Assembly (NCBI GenBank): GCA_945865865.1 | Contig: CAMBEX010000002.1 | Coordinates: 1-36,606, forward strand | Length of the DNA: 36,606 nt | Direction of reading: 5' to 3' | Origin: Bdellovibrio sp. ZAP7 | GTDB lineage: Bacteria > Bdellovibrionota > UBA1018 | In this document: positions 1-6,493 of the stretch, piece after piece | Layout of the letters: each line of letters begins with the position of its first letter | Numbering within the stretch: the first letter of the stretch is position 1 | Position numbers and translations under genes: made by a program | Notes under the pieces: model-generated | The model's input: only the letters and a program-made list of their open reading frames with translations | Told to the model about the DNA's origin: nothing | The model's database searches: none

Positions 1-1245
1 GCCGAGGTCCTCAAAGTCGTGGGTATGTGTCCACTTTCCATAAGGACCCCGCACCTGCGTATCCTCGAACATCTCTCCTGCTCGCCAGGCGGTGATTCTT
101 GACGTCCAGCGAACGGGAACTTGATGAATTCTCAGGCGGTAGCGAATCTCAGTACCCTCGGTCAGAACTTTCGTGGATTTTCCGAGGACTTTGAATTGGA
201 GAAAGTCAGGCGTCAGAGCTTCAAGATTCATTTCATCACTGAAGAATTGGAATACGTTGGCTCGAGAACTTGGAACCCATTGCTCGGAAAAGAAAAAACG
301 ATCATGGCGCGACTCTTTCCACTCGAGAACCGCGTTGAGGGCAGCATAGATTGTTGGGTACTTGAAGTCGAAGGCGCTCGAAACAAGGACTTTTGGAGTT
401 AGCCGCTGACTTTGGAGCAGGATCATGGCTCGCTCGCCGAGCGCTAAGCGTAGTGCCGGGGCGGGAACCGGAAAGGGTGCAGAAACGTGTGTCGCTTTGG
501 CGAGCGCATTCGTGAATTCAGCATTTTTCACAGGAAATGGCGCAGTTGCATTGATCGGTCCGCTGATCATCGGATTGTTCAGCGCATGCACAAACGCCCG
601 AACCAGATCATCCAGATGGATCCAGCTCATCCACTGTTGCCCACTGCCGAGCCGCCCAGCGAAGCCCGATTCAAAAATCGGCAGCAACTTTCCGATTGCA
701 CCACCGTACTCGGACAACACCACTCCGATTCTCATTTGAACATTCCGGCAAGGTGCCTGCCTGGACTCGCACTCCCAATCCAAGCAAAGTTTCGCCAGGA
801 AATCCTGCCCGAGGTCTGAACGCTCTTCGAGTGTTTGGTCTTCGCGGTCACCATAGATTCCTGTGGCGGAGGCAGAGATGAATGTCCGCACCGGGGTAGA
901 GTTTTCACGAAGCGCCTTCACGAGCTGTTGCGTCGTATCTACGCGAGACTCAATCAGTGACTTCTTCTTTTCTGCAGACCATCGCTGGTCGGCGATGGGT
1001 TCTCCCATAAGGTGAAAAATCGCTTCAACCTCAAGGGCCTCTCTCGGAGGCGGAGTACGGACAGGATCGCTCCAAACAAAATACTCACATGGGAGTGAGA
1101 ACTTTTCGCGGAAGGCTTTTTCGGATTTCCTGCCCACGGTTACAACATTCCAACCCTCTTGAATCAGGCGCTTGCACAGCGCGTGTCCTACGAGGCCGCT
1201 TGCGCCGGTCACAAGTGCCCTGGGTTTTGCTTTTGCAGGATTCAT
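1..1245 (-). CDS. YfcH/TIGR01777-like NAD-dependent epimerase/dehydratase (extended SDR) fused to a C-terminal SRPBCC-like domain. The 3' end is cut by the window edge.
   Basis: The minus frame is open from ATG (1245-1243) to base 1, 415 codons with no stop. It is absent from the ORF track because no stop lies in the window. The N-terminus MNPAKAKPRALVTGASGLVGHALCKRLIQEGWNVV carries a Rossmann GxxGxxG motif. The middle resembles YfcH/DUF1731 proteins. The last ~110 aa (FFSDEMNLEALTP...VRGPYGKWTHTHDFEDLG) look like an SRPBCC/cyclase-dehydrase fold. Confidence 0.8.
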   Translation of the reverse strand, partial: MNPAKAKPRALVTGASGLVGHALCKRLIQEGWNVVTVGRKSEKAFREKFSLPCEYFVWSDPVRTPPPREALEVEAIFHLMGEPIADQRWSAEKKKSLIESRVDTTQQLVKALRENSTPVRTFISASATGIYGDREDQTLEERSDLGQDFLAKLCLDWECESRQAPCRNVQMRIGVVLSEYGGAIGKLLPIFESGFAGRLGSGQQWMSWIHLDDLVRAFVHALNNPMISGPINATAPFPVKNAEFTNALAKATHVSAPFPVPAPALRLALGERAMILLQSQRLTPKVLVSSAFDFKYPTIYAALNAVLEWKESRHDRFFFSEQWVPSSRANVFQFFSDEMNLEALTPDFLQFKVLGKSTKVLTEGTEIRYRLRIHQVPVRWTSRITAWRAGEMFEDTQVRGPYGKWTHTHDFEDLG

Positions 1246-1262
1246 ATTTCGAGTTTAGCGTA

Positions 1263-1292
1263 TTGACATCTATTTGTCTAAGATAATATAGT
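1263..1292 (+). promoter_or_regulatory. Putative sigma-70 promoter for the MerR/B12 regulator operon (TTGACA-18 nt-TATAGT).
   Basis: The -35 hexamer is consensus. The -10 hexamer matches 5 of 6 positions after an 18-nt spacer. Long spacers are typical of MerR-family controlled promoters. The element sits 40 nt upstream of ATG 1332. Confidence 0.4.
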
Positions 1293-1309
1293 CTATCTTA
1301 GACAAATAG
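1270..1309. promoter_or_regulatory. Perfect 16-bp inverted repeat (CTATTTGTCTAAGATA-N8-TATCTTAGACAAATAG), a candidate operator in a divergent promoter region.
   Basis: Read directly: arms at 1270-1285 and 1294-1309 are exact reverse complements, with spacer ATATAGTC. The repeat lies in the 86-bp gap between the minus-strand epimerase start (1245) and the plus-strand MerR/B12 regulator start (1332). It overlaps a TTGACA(1263-1268)-N18-TATAGT(1287-1292) promoter-like element. Confidence 0.6.
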
Positions 1310-1331
1310 AAACTCACGCGAATATAGCCAC

Positions 1332-2219
1332 ATGATATTAAAAGATAAAAAACTTACCTCTCGACTCAATGTCACAGAGACCTCAAGCGTCACGGGCCTA
1401 AGCACGCACACGATAAGAGCCTGGGAGAAGCGCCACACCGTCGTGCGACCCATTCGGAGAGGCAATCGCCGCACCTACTCCTCGATGGATATCGAGCGGC
1501 TCATTCGGTTGAAGGAGCTCGTATCGCTAGGACATTCAATTCGGCGCGCATCTCTTATGACTGAGGATGAACAGCTGCGGGCGTTGTCACTTCGGCCACC
1601 GCTTTCGATTCACCGAGACGAGCTCCTTGCGCTTGTCGAGAACTACCTGCTGGAAGAGCTAGCCGAAAAACTTCGCCTTCATCACACTCGACTGCGGACC
1701 CAGGATTTTCTGCTCGAAATCATCTGTCCACTTCTCGCCGAAGTCGGCCATCAAGTCGAACAAGGACGCCTCGGCATTGCTCAAGAGCACGCTCTGTCTG
1801 CGCTTGTGCGCGATCAGATCTCCCGCATTCGATTGAAGGAACCCAGAGCGGGACTGCCGACTCTCGCCTTCTGCACACCAGGTGGTGACTTCCACGAGTT
1901 AGGAATTCTGATTGCCGCCAGGCTTTCTGCGGCGAAGGGGTTTCCGGTCCTGTATTTTGGTCCGAACCTCCCTTCCCAGCCACTTTCTGAAATCCTCAAT
2001 GTGCGGAAGCCGGAGATCATGATCATCGGCGCTGCTGCGATCAGTGACAATCTGAGAACGTTCGAGAACTACCTGCTGGATGCGACCCGCAGCACGGAAT
2101 ATCCTGTTCAATTTTGGGTTGCCGGTCCACTTGCAGAAAAAATGAAGGGACGTTACCGGGTGATCCGTGATTTCAAAGAATTCGATTCAGCACTGAGCCA
2201 ACTTGAGATGCGCACATGA
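1332..2219 (+). CDS. MerR-family transcriptional regulator with a C-terminal cobalamin (B12)-binding domain (CarH/LitR-like, putative light-responsive repressor).
   Basis: The N-terminal HTH (LNVTETSSVTGLSTHTIRAWEKRH...RRGNRRTYSSMDIERLIRLKEL) is MerR-like. The C-terminal LAFCTPGGDFHELGILIAARLSAAKGFPVLYFGPNLP contains the DxHxxG lower-axial His motif of B12-binding domains. An EH pair (IAQEHAL) lies in the preceding helical region. Confidence 0.85.
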   Translation: MILKDKKLTSRLNVTETSSVTGLSTHTIRAWEKRHTVVRPIRRGNRRTYSSMDIERLIRLKELVSLGHSIRRASLMTEDEQLRALSLRPPLSIHRDELLALVENYLLEELAEKLRLHHTRLRTQDFLLEIICPLLAEVGHQVEQGRLGIAQEHALSALVRDQISRIRLKEPRAGLPTLAFCTPGGDFHELGILIAARLSAAKGFPVLYFGPNLPSQPLSEILNVRKPEIMIIGAAAISDNLRTFENYLLDATRSTEYPVQFWVAGPLAEKMKGRYRVIRDFKEFDSALSQLEMRT

Positions 2220-2737
2220 AAGCGAAATTCAAGAAGTCCGTCGTAGTCGTAAATGACAAAATGCAAAAGGGGTATCGTTACGAGAGGACGCAGCCCGAGG
2301 GCAAGAATTTCGACCCCGAATTTCGGCCTGATCTCACCCCTCAGGAGATGCTTTCTATTGGCGTATTCGGGGGAAAATATATGACCGACTGCAAGGCCGA
2401 GTTTCCTGCCAAGTGGTTCAAGAGTGCAAAACTTTGCTCGAGCCATCACGATCCTGATTTGGACTTTTTTAAAATCAATGCAAGCCAGCCGCGGAGTGTT
2501 TGGTTGGCCCAAGACTGGATTTTCGTCGGTGATCCTCGCGGCTGGTTTCAATGGTACTGCAGATACTTTATGGGCCGCAGGATCCCGATCGAGGATCAAC
2601 GCCAGATTCGACGCTGGAAAGCAATCCGGCGGCATGCCGCGGCTATTAAGAAAAATTGTGTCACTCAAAATTGGAGTTGTAGACCCAAGCAAAGACAAGC
2701 TCTATTGCACTGGGCGTACGACGGCCGGAAACTTTAG
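2216..2737 (+). CDS. Conserved-looking uncharacterised protein (173 aa, Trp/Cys/Arg-rich motif DPRGWFQWYCRYFMGRR), translationally coupled to the CarH-like regulator.
   Basis: An ATGA start/stop overlap with the upstream gene lies at 2216-2219. Amino-acid composition looks like real coding sequence. I cannot name a family with confidence. Confidence 0.7.
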   Translation: MKAKFKKSVVVVNDKMQKGYRYERTQPEGKNFDPEFRPDLTPQEMLSIGVFGGKYMTDCKAEFPAKWFKSAKLCSSHHDPDLDFFKINASQPRSVWLAQDWIFVGDPRGWFQWYCRYFMGRRIPIEDQRQIRRWKAIRRHAAAIKKNCVTQNWSCRPKQRQALLHWAYDGRKL

Positions 2738-2935
2738 CAAATTTTGACGACTATGCGTAGATGGTCTCGAGATCTGTAATTTCCGCTGCTGAAGAATCGA
2801 CGCCCTTCTGAAACAGAACCCGAGAGTTAAATGGTCGCCCGAGGTTCTCAAACTGCAGAATCCGGTAACTAGTTGATTGCTTTGAGCTGTCTTTGTCCCA
2901 TTCACGGTGAATTTCCAGCGAAGAATTTCGGGGCG

Positions 2936-2964
2936 TTGACTTAATACGTCCATTTGGGTATATT
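2936..2964 (+). promoter_or_regulatory. Sigma-70 promoter TTGACT-17 nt-TATATT driving the toxin-antitoxin-nuclease unit, probably as a leaderless mRNA.
   Basis: The -35 is at 2936-2941, the spacer is exactly 17 nt, and the -10 is at 2959-2964. The toxin ATG (2971) starts only 6 nt after the -10 hexamer, and no Shine-Dalgarno sequence can fit in between. Confidence 0.5.
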
Positions 2965-2970
2965 CAATAC

Positions 2971-3306
2971 ATGAAGGTAAACTTCTATGAACTCCCATCC
3001 GGCCGTTCACCCATCGAAGAGTTCATCGAATCCTTACCTAAAGGCGACCAGGCTCGCTTCGCAGAGGTCCTGGTAGGGCTTGAGCAGTTCGGGTTGGCTT
3101 ACAGCCGCGTTCAGTTCAAGCCACTGAGGGGCAAGCTCTGGGAGATCAAGTTCTCCTCTCCTGGAGGAGGCTTTCGGATGGCCTATGTGCTGGTCACGGC
3201 GGAGGAGATGGTGATCCTGCACGCATTTCGGAAGTCGACACAGAAGACCCCGCTCCGTGACTTGGATTTGGCTGAAAAACGAATGAAGGAGATTCTGGGC
3301 TTATGA
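2971..3306 (+). CDS. Type II toxin, RelE/ParE superfamily (phage Gp49-like / HigB-like).
   Basis: The 111-aa product is MKVNFYELPSGRSPIEEFIESLPKGDQARF...KPLRGKLWEIKF...FRMAYVLVTAEEMVILHAFRKSTQKTP. This is the typical Gp49/DUF891-type toxin pattern. The toxin-first order and a 4-nt ATGA overlap with a downstream XRE gene support the call. Confidence 0.85.
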   Translation: MKVNFYELPSGRSPIEEFIESLPKGDQARFAEVLVGLEQFGLAYSRVQFKPLRGKLWEIKFSSPGGGFRMAYVLVTAEEMVILHAFRKSTQKTPLRDLDLAEKRMKEILGL

Positions 3307-3617
3307 AGAAAAAACAGTATCGGTCTGCCAAGACTTTCGTTGAGAAATTGCTGAAAGATCCGGAAATCCGCGTCCTCTTCGAGGCTGAGAGGGCCAAAAC
3401 CTTGATCGCCGATGCGGTTCGTTCCGCGCGGCTGCGTGCCGGCTTGACCCAGGTCGAACTGGCAAAGCTGGCCAAAACCACCCAGGCTGTTGTTAGCCGC
3501 ATTGAATCCGGCTCGGATAGTCGAGTACCGTCGCTCGACCTCCTTTCCCGGATAGCGGGGGCCTGCAAAGCAACACTGACGTTCGCGTTTTCTTTTCACG
3601 GAAAAAAGGCGGCCTGA
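3303..3617 (+). CDS. XRE-family helix-turn-helix antitoxin (HigA-like).
   Basis: The 104-aa product contains the HTH RLRAGLTQVELAKLAKTTQAVVSRIESG. The gene overlaps the toxin stop (ATGA at 3303-3306). Confidence 0.85.
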   Translation: MKKKQYRSAKTFVEKLLKDPEIRVLFEAERAKTLIADAVRSARLRAGLTQVELAKLAKTTQAVVSRIESGSDSRVPSLDLLSRIAGACKATLTFAFSFHGKKAA

Positions 3618-3636
3618 GATCGGGAAGACAGGCAGG

Positions 3637-5076
3637 ATGCCACATAAGATCGACAAAAAAACTGAACTCCAGTCGGTCGCGGCCAAGCGCAAGCTTCGCG
3701 CACTCTCCAAGAGGTTTCGTCGATCTGCGGACAAATATTGGTGGCAGTGCCTAGAGTGCGACACGAAGTGGCAAGCGGCGCACAATAATATCAAGAATGG
3801 CCGCGGGTGCCCGAAATGTGCCCAGCTTCGCAGGAATGCAAGCAGTTCGAAGTACTCAATTGCCACCTTGCGCGCGGCCGCAAGTACTAAGGGTGGAAGA
3901 TGTCTTGAACCGAAGTACCTTGGTTTTCATGAGAAGCATCGATGGCTTTGCGCTCACAAACACGGCTGGACAGCTGCACCAGCGACCGTCCTTAGGCTTG
4001 GGACATGGTGCCCCTACTGCGATGGGCAGCGACTTGAGGACCCGCTCGGGCAGCTACGCGATCTGGCTAGGTCACGCGGGGGATCGCTCCTTTCAAAGAA
4101 GTATGTGAACAACGTCACGAAAGTCCATTTTCAGTGCCGCGCGAGCCACAAGTTTTCCATAATCCCTTCGGCAGCAAAACGGGGACAGTGGTGTTCAGGG
4201 TGCGCCGCAGGACTCGGCGAGACCATTGTGCGTCAAGCATTTGAGCATCTTCTTCAATCCCCGTTTCCAGCCACATGGCCAGCTTGGTTGGTGGGAGCTA
4301 GAAAGCGGGCTCTCCAACTTGACGGCTACAACGACCACCTCAAGATCGCGTTCGAGCACCAAGGAAATCAGCACTCGCGGCGCATGCCATTCTTCTCTCC
4401 AACGGAGGCTCACTTTACAGCCCGAAAGGACTACGATCGGCTGAAGCGGAGAACCTGTAAAAAGCGGGGCGTGCGCCTTATAGAAATTCCACAAGTGCCG
4501 ACAGCAGTCCCTTTTTCTGAAGTGATCGCAAGAGTTGCTAAAGAGCTTACCAAGAGAAGTATTCCATTCGATCGAGGGCGAGTGGAGACGTTCCAGCCCG
4601 ACTTGAAAACGACGCATGCTGAACGGCAATTTAAACGCCTAATCACATACGCCGAAAGCAACGGCGGAACGTTACTCTCCACAACTTTTCTAGGTATGTT
4701 CACGAAGCACAAATGGCGCTGCAAACAAAGCCACACTTGGAGCGCCATCCCAGCGAACATGCTTAGGAAGAAGTACTGGTGCCCCGTATGTGGGGTAAAG
4801 AAACGTGGAATCTCAAGTCGAAAGGGCTCGCTTCAGGACGCGAAGGCCCTGGCGTTTAAACGAGGCGGACGTTGTTTATCAAAAACGTTTCTTGGGGTGT
4901 GGTCACAGAAGCTTGAGTGGAAGTGCGGAAAGTGCCAGTCCGTTTGGCAGGCTTCGCCAAGACAGATCGTCGGTTACTCGGGAAGAAAGGGATCATGGTG
5001 TCCCATATGCAAAAAAAACAAGCGACCTTTGCATCGCGGTGAACGCTGTTACTTCTCCGAAAAAGATGGACCTTAG
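3637..5076 (+). CDS. Multi-zinc-ribbon protein with a central PD-(D/E)XK-like (Vsr/restriction-endonuclease-like) core. Function unknown.
   Basis: The product is 479 aa. It has five repeats of the type W-x-C-x(2-3)-[CH]-x-W...W-C-P-x-C: C38/C41/C58/C61, C105/H107 or H109/C125/C128, C167/H171/C186/C189, C362/H366/C382/C385 and C430/C433/C455/C458. Four of the five (all but the first) are preceded by a GG-x-[CL]L-[SE] module. The central segment GETIVRQAFEHLL...LQLDGYNDHLKIAFEHQGNQH gives an E...D...ExQ pattern like PD-(D/E)XK nucleases. The gene starts 19 nt after the antitoxin. Confidence 0.8.
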   Translation: MPHKIDKKTELQSVAAKRKLRALSKRFRRSADKYWWQCLECDTKWQAAHNNIKNGRGCPKCAQLRRNASSSKYSIATLRAAASTKGGRCLEPKYLGFHEKHRWLCAHKHGWTAAPATVLRLGTWCPYCDGQRLEDPLGQLRDLARSRGGSLLSKKYVNNVTKVHFQCRASHKFSIIPSAAKRGQWCSGCAAGLGETIVRQAFEHLLQSPFPATWPAWLVGARKRALQLDGYNDHLKIAFEHQGNQHSRRMPFFSPTEAHFTARKDYDRLKRRTCKKRGVRLIEIPQVPTAVPFSEVIARVAKELTKRSIPFDRGRVETFQPDLKTTHAERQFKRLITYAESNGGTLLSTTFLGMFTKHKWRCKQSHTWSAIPANMLRKKYWCPVCGVKKRGISSRKGSLQDAKALAFKRGGRCLSKTFLGVWSQKLEWKCGKCQSVWQASPRQIVGYSGRKGSWCPICKKNKRPLHRGERCYFSEKDGP

Positions 5077-5099
5077 GGTGGAGCGAAGTGGACCACCCT
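5075..5099 (+). terminator. Hairpin directly after the zinc-ribbon gene stop (AGGGTGG-N11-CCACCCT). There is no clear U-tract.
   Basis: The 7-bp stem was read from the sequence and overlaps the TAG stop (5074-5076). It is followed by TGATGGTG, so it is only a weak intrinsic terminator. Confidence 0.3.
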
Positions 5100-5173
5100 T
5101 GATGGTGCGCAGCAGATTTCTCGATTCTAAATTTCAGCTCGACATCTTGGTCGATTCGGGCGGAACTTTAAAT

Positions 5174-5251
5174 TGGTCGGGGCGACAGGATTTGAACCTG
5201 CGACCCCTTGCACCCCATGCAAGTGCGCTAGCCAGGCTGCGCCACGCCCCG
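5174..5251 (-). tRNA. tRNA-Pro (anticodon GGG), with CCA encoded.
   Basis: The reverse complement is CGGGGCGTGGCGCAGCCTGGCTAGCGCACTTGCATGGGGTGCAAGGGGTCGCAGGTTCAAATCCTGTCGCCCCGACCA. It folds as a cloverleaf with a 7-bp acceptor stem, GCGC/GCGC D-stem, CTTGC/GCAAG anticodon stem, loop AU-GGG-GU, T-arm GCAGG-TTCAAAT-CCTGT, and a 3' ACCA. Confidence 0.95.
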
Positions 5252-5315
5252 ACAACAGAAGGCTTTCTAGTTAACTAAGGGAAATCCTCAAGTCAAGAAT
5301 CCAGAGGAGTTGAAC

Positions 5316-6236
5316 TTACCCGACGGCGAGTTTTCCGGCCCGGCCAAAACCCGCAAGTGCCACACCCGAGCGCGACTCCTCGCTGCCATCGATAATTTCG
5401 AAGTGATCCGGATTTTTGAATATCGAATCCAAGAGCTGACGATGCAAGTCATGCCCTGCGCGGTGAAGCTTGATGTGGGCCTGAATCGCTATTCCCGCCA
5501 GCTTGAAGTCACCCAGCGCGTCCAAAACTTTATGCCGAACAAACTCGTTCGGATAACGAAGGCCTTTAGGATTCAAAACCTTTTCGTCATCTAAGACAAC
5601 GGCGTTATCGAGGGAGCCCCCCAAAGCAAGCCCCATGCGCTTCAGTGCCTCAACCTCGCGCAAGAAACCAAAGGTGCGCGCTGATGCGATTTGGGAAAAA
5701 TCTGTCCTACCCTCGACGTAATGAAACTCCTGAAACCCTACGGCAGGATGTGAAAACTCGACAGATGCATGGACTTCAAGTCGCGACGAAGGCTCTGCAA
5801 CTGCCCATTTTTCAGCGATCTTGACCTCAACACGACGGCGCAATTTCAAAATAGAGCGGGGACGAGCTTGAGTTTGAACACCGACAGCCATGAGCCGCTC
5901 AACAAACCCGGCGGAACTACCGTCCAGAATGGGGATCTCAGGGGCATTCACTTCGACAATCAAGTTGTCGATACCCAGGCCTTGAAGAGCTGCCATGAGA
6001 TGTTCGACCGTGCTAATCGTCACGCGTCCCACGCCTAGGGTCGTAGCCATCTGGGTGTTCACAACATTTTTATAAAAAGCGGGAATTTCGGGAGAACCCT
6101 CAAGATCGGTACGAACAAAGCGAATACCTGCATTGGGCGAAGCGGGCTTCAGAGTCAGGGCAACTTCCTTGCCTGAGTGAAGGCCGATGCCCTGGATACT
6201 GAGCGCTTTTTTTATGGTTCGCTGTAGATTCATCAA
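5316..6236 (-). CDS. lpxC: UDP-3-O-acyl-N-acetylglucosamine deacetylase.
   Basis: The 306-aa product reads MMNLQRTIKKALSIQGIGLHSGKEVALTLKPASPNAGIRFVRTDL...TVEHLMAAL...HKVLDALGDF. This is the canonical LpxC pattern. Confidence 0.95.
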   Translation of the reverse strand: MMNLQRTIKKALSIQGIGLHSGKEVALTLKPASPNAGIRFVRTDLEGSPEIPAFYKNVVNTQMATTLGVGRVTISTVEHLMAALQGLGIDNLIVEVNAPEIPILDGSSAGFVERLMAVGVQTQARPRSILKLRRRVEVKIAEKWAVAEPSSRLEVHASVEFSHPAVGFQEFHYVEGRTDFSQIASARTFGFLREVEALKRMGLALGGSLDNAVVLDDEKVLNPKGLRYPNEFVRHKVLDALGDFKLAGIAIQAHIKLHRAGHDLHRQLLDSIFKNPDHFEIIDGSEESRSGVALAGFGRAGKLAVG

Positions 6237-6493
6237 TGCTCCCTGCTGCTCAAAACTCTAATTGAGCAAGCAGTGTGCCCAGTCCACAGATGAGGTGCGT
6301 AAATTAACGCATTTTGTTTGCAGCTGGAAATTCCTAATGATTTCAGCAGATAACAAACTTTATCAAAATGGTCAAATGTGTTGTCGCAGTTTATAGAACT
6401 TTGCGTCATGTGTCGTCGACGACACAATTTGCGGGCCTGACAGTGTGTGATTTTGTCCACACCCTAGGCACAGACACAGCGGCGGGGCCTCCG

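Larger units (their letters stand above)
2827..5173. mobile_element. Putative tRNA-Pro-associated islet remnant carrying the TA pair plus the zinc-ribbon nuclease-like gene. No integrase is present.
   Basis: The right edge abuts the 3' end of tRNA-Pro (5174). The left edge is a degenerate copy of the tRNA 3' flank and 3' end: 2827 TTAAATGGTCGCCCGAGGTTCTCAAACTGC versus 5168 TTAAATTGGTCGGGGCGACAGGATTTGAACCTGC. The cargo is unrelated to the flanking housekeeping or light-regulon genes. Confidence 0.3.

Noticed and set aside
2702-3010. A 102-codon minus-strand ORF between the 173-aa gene and the toxin gene.
   Set aside because: It overlaps the toxin promoter and start and the end of the upstream gene. 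The sequence is implausible and has no ribosome-binding site.
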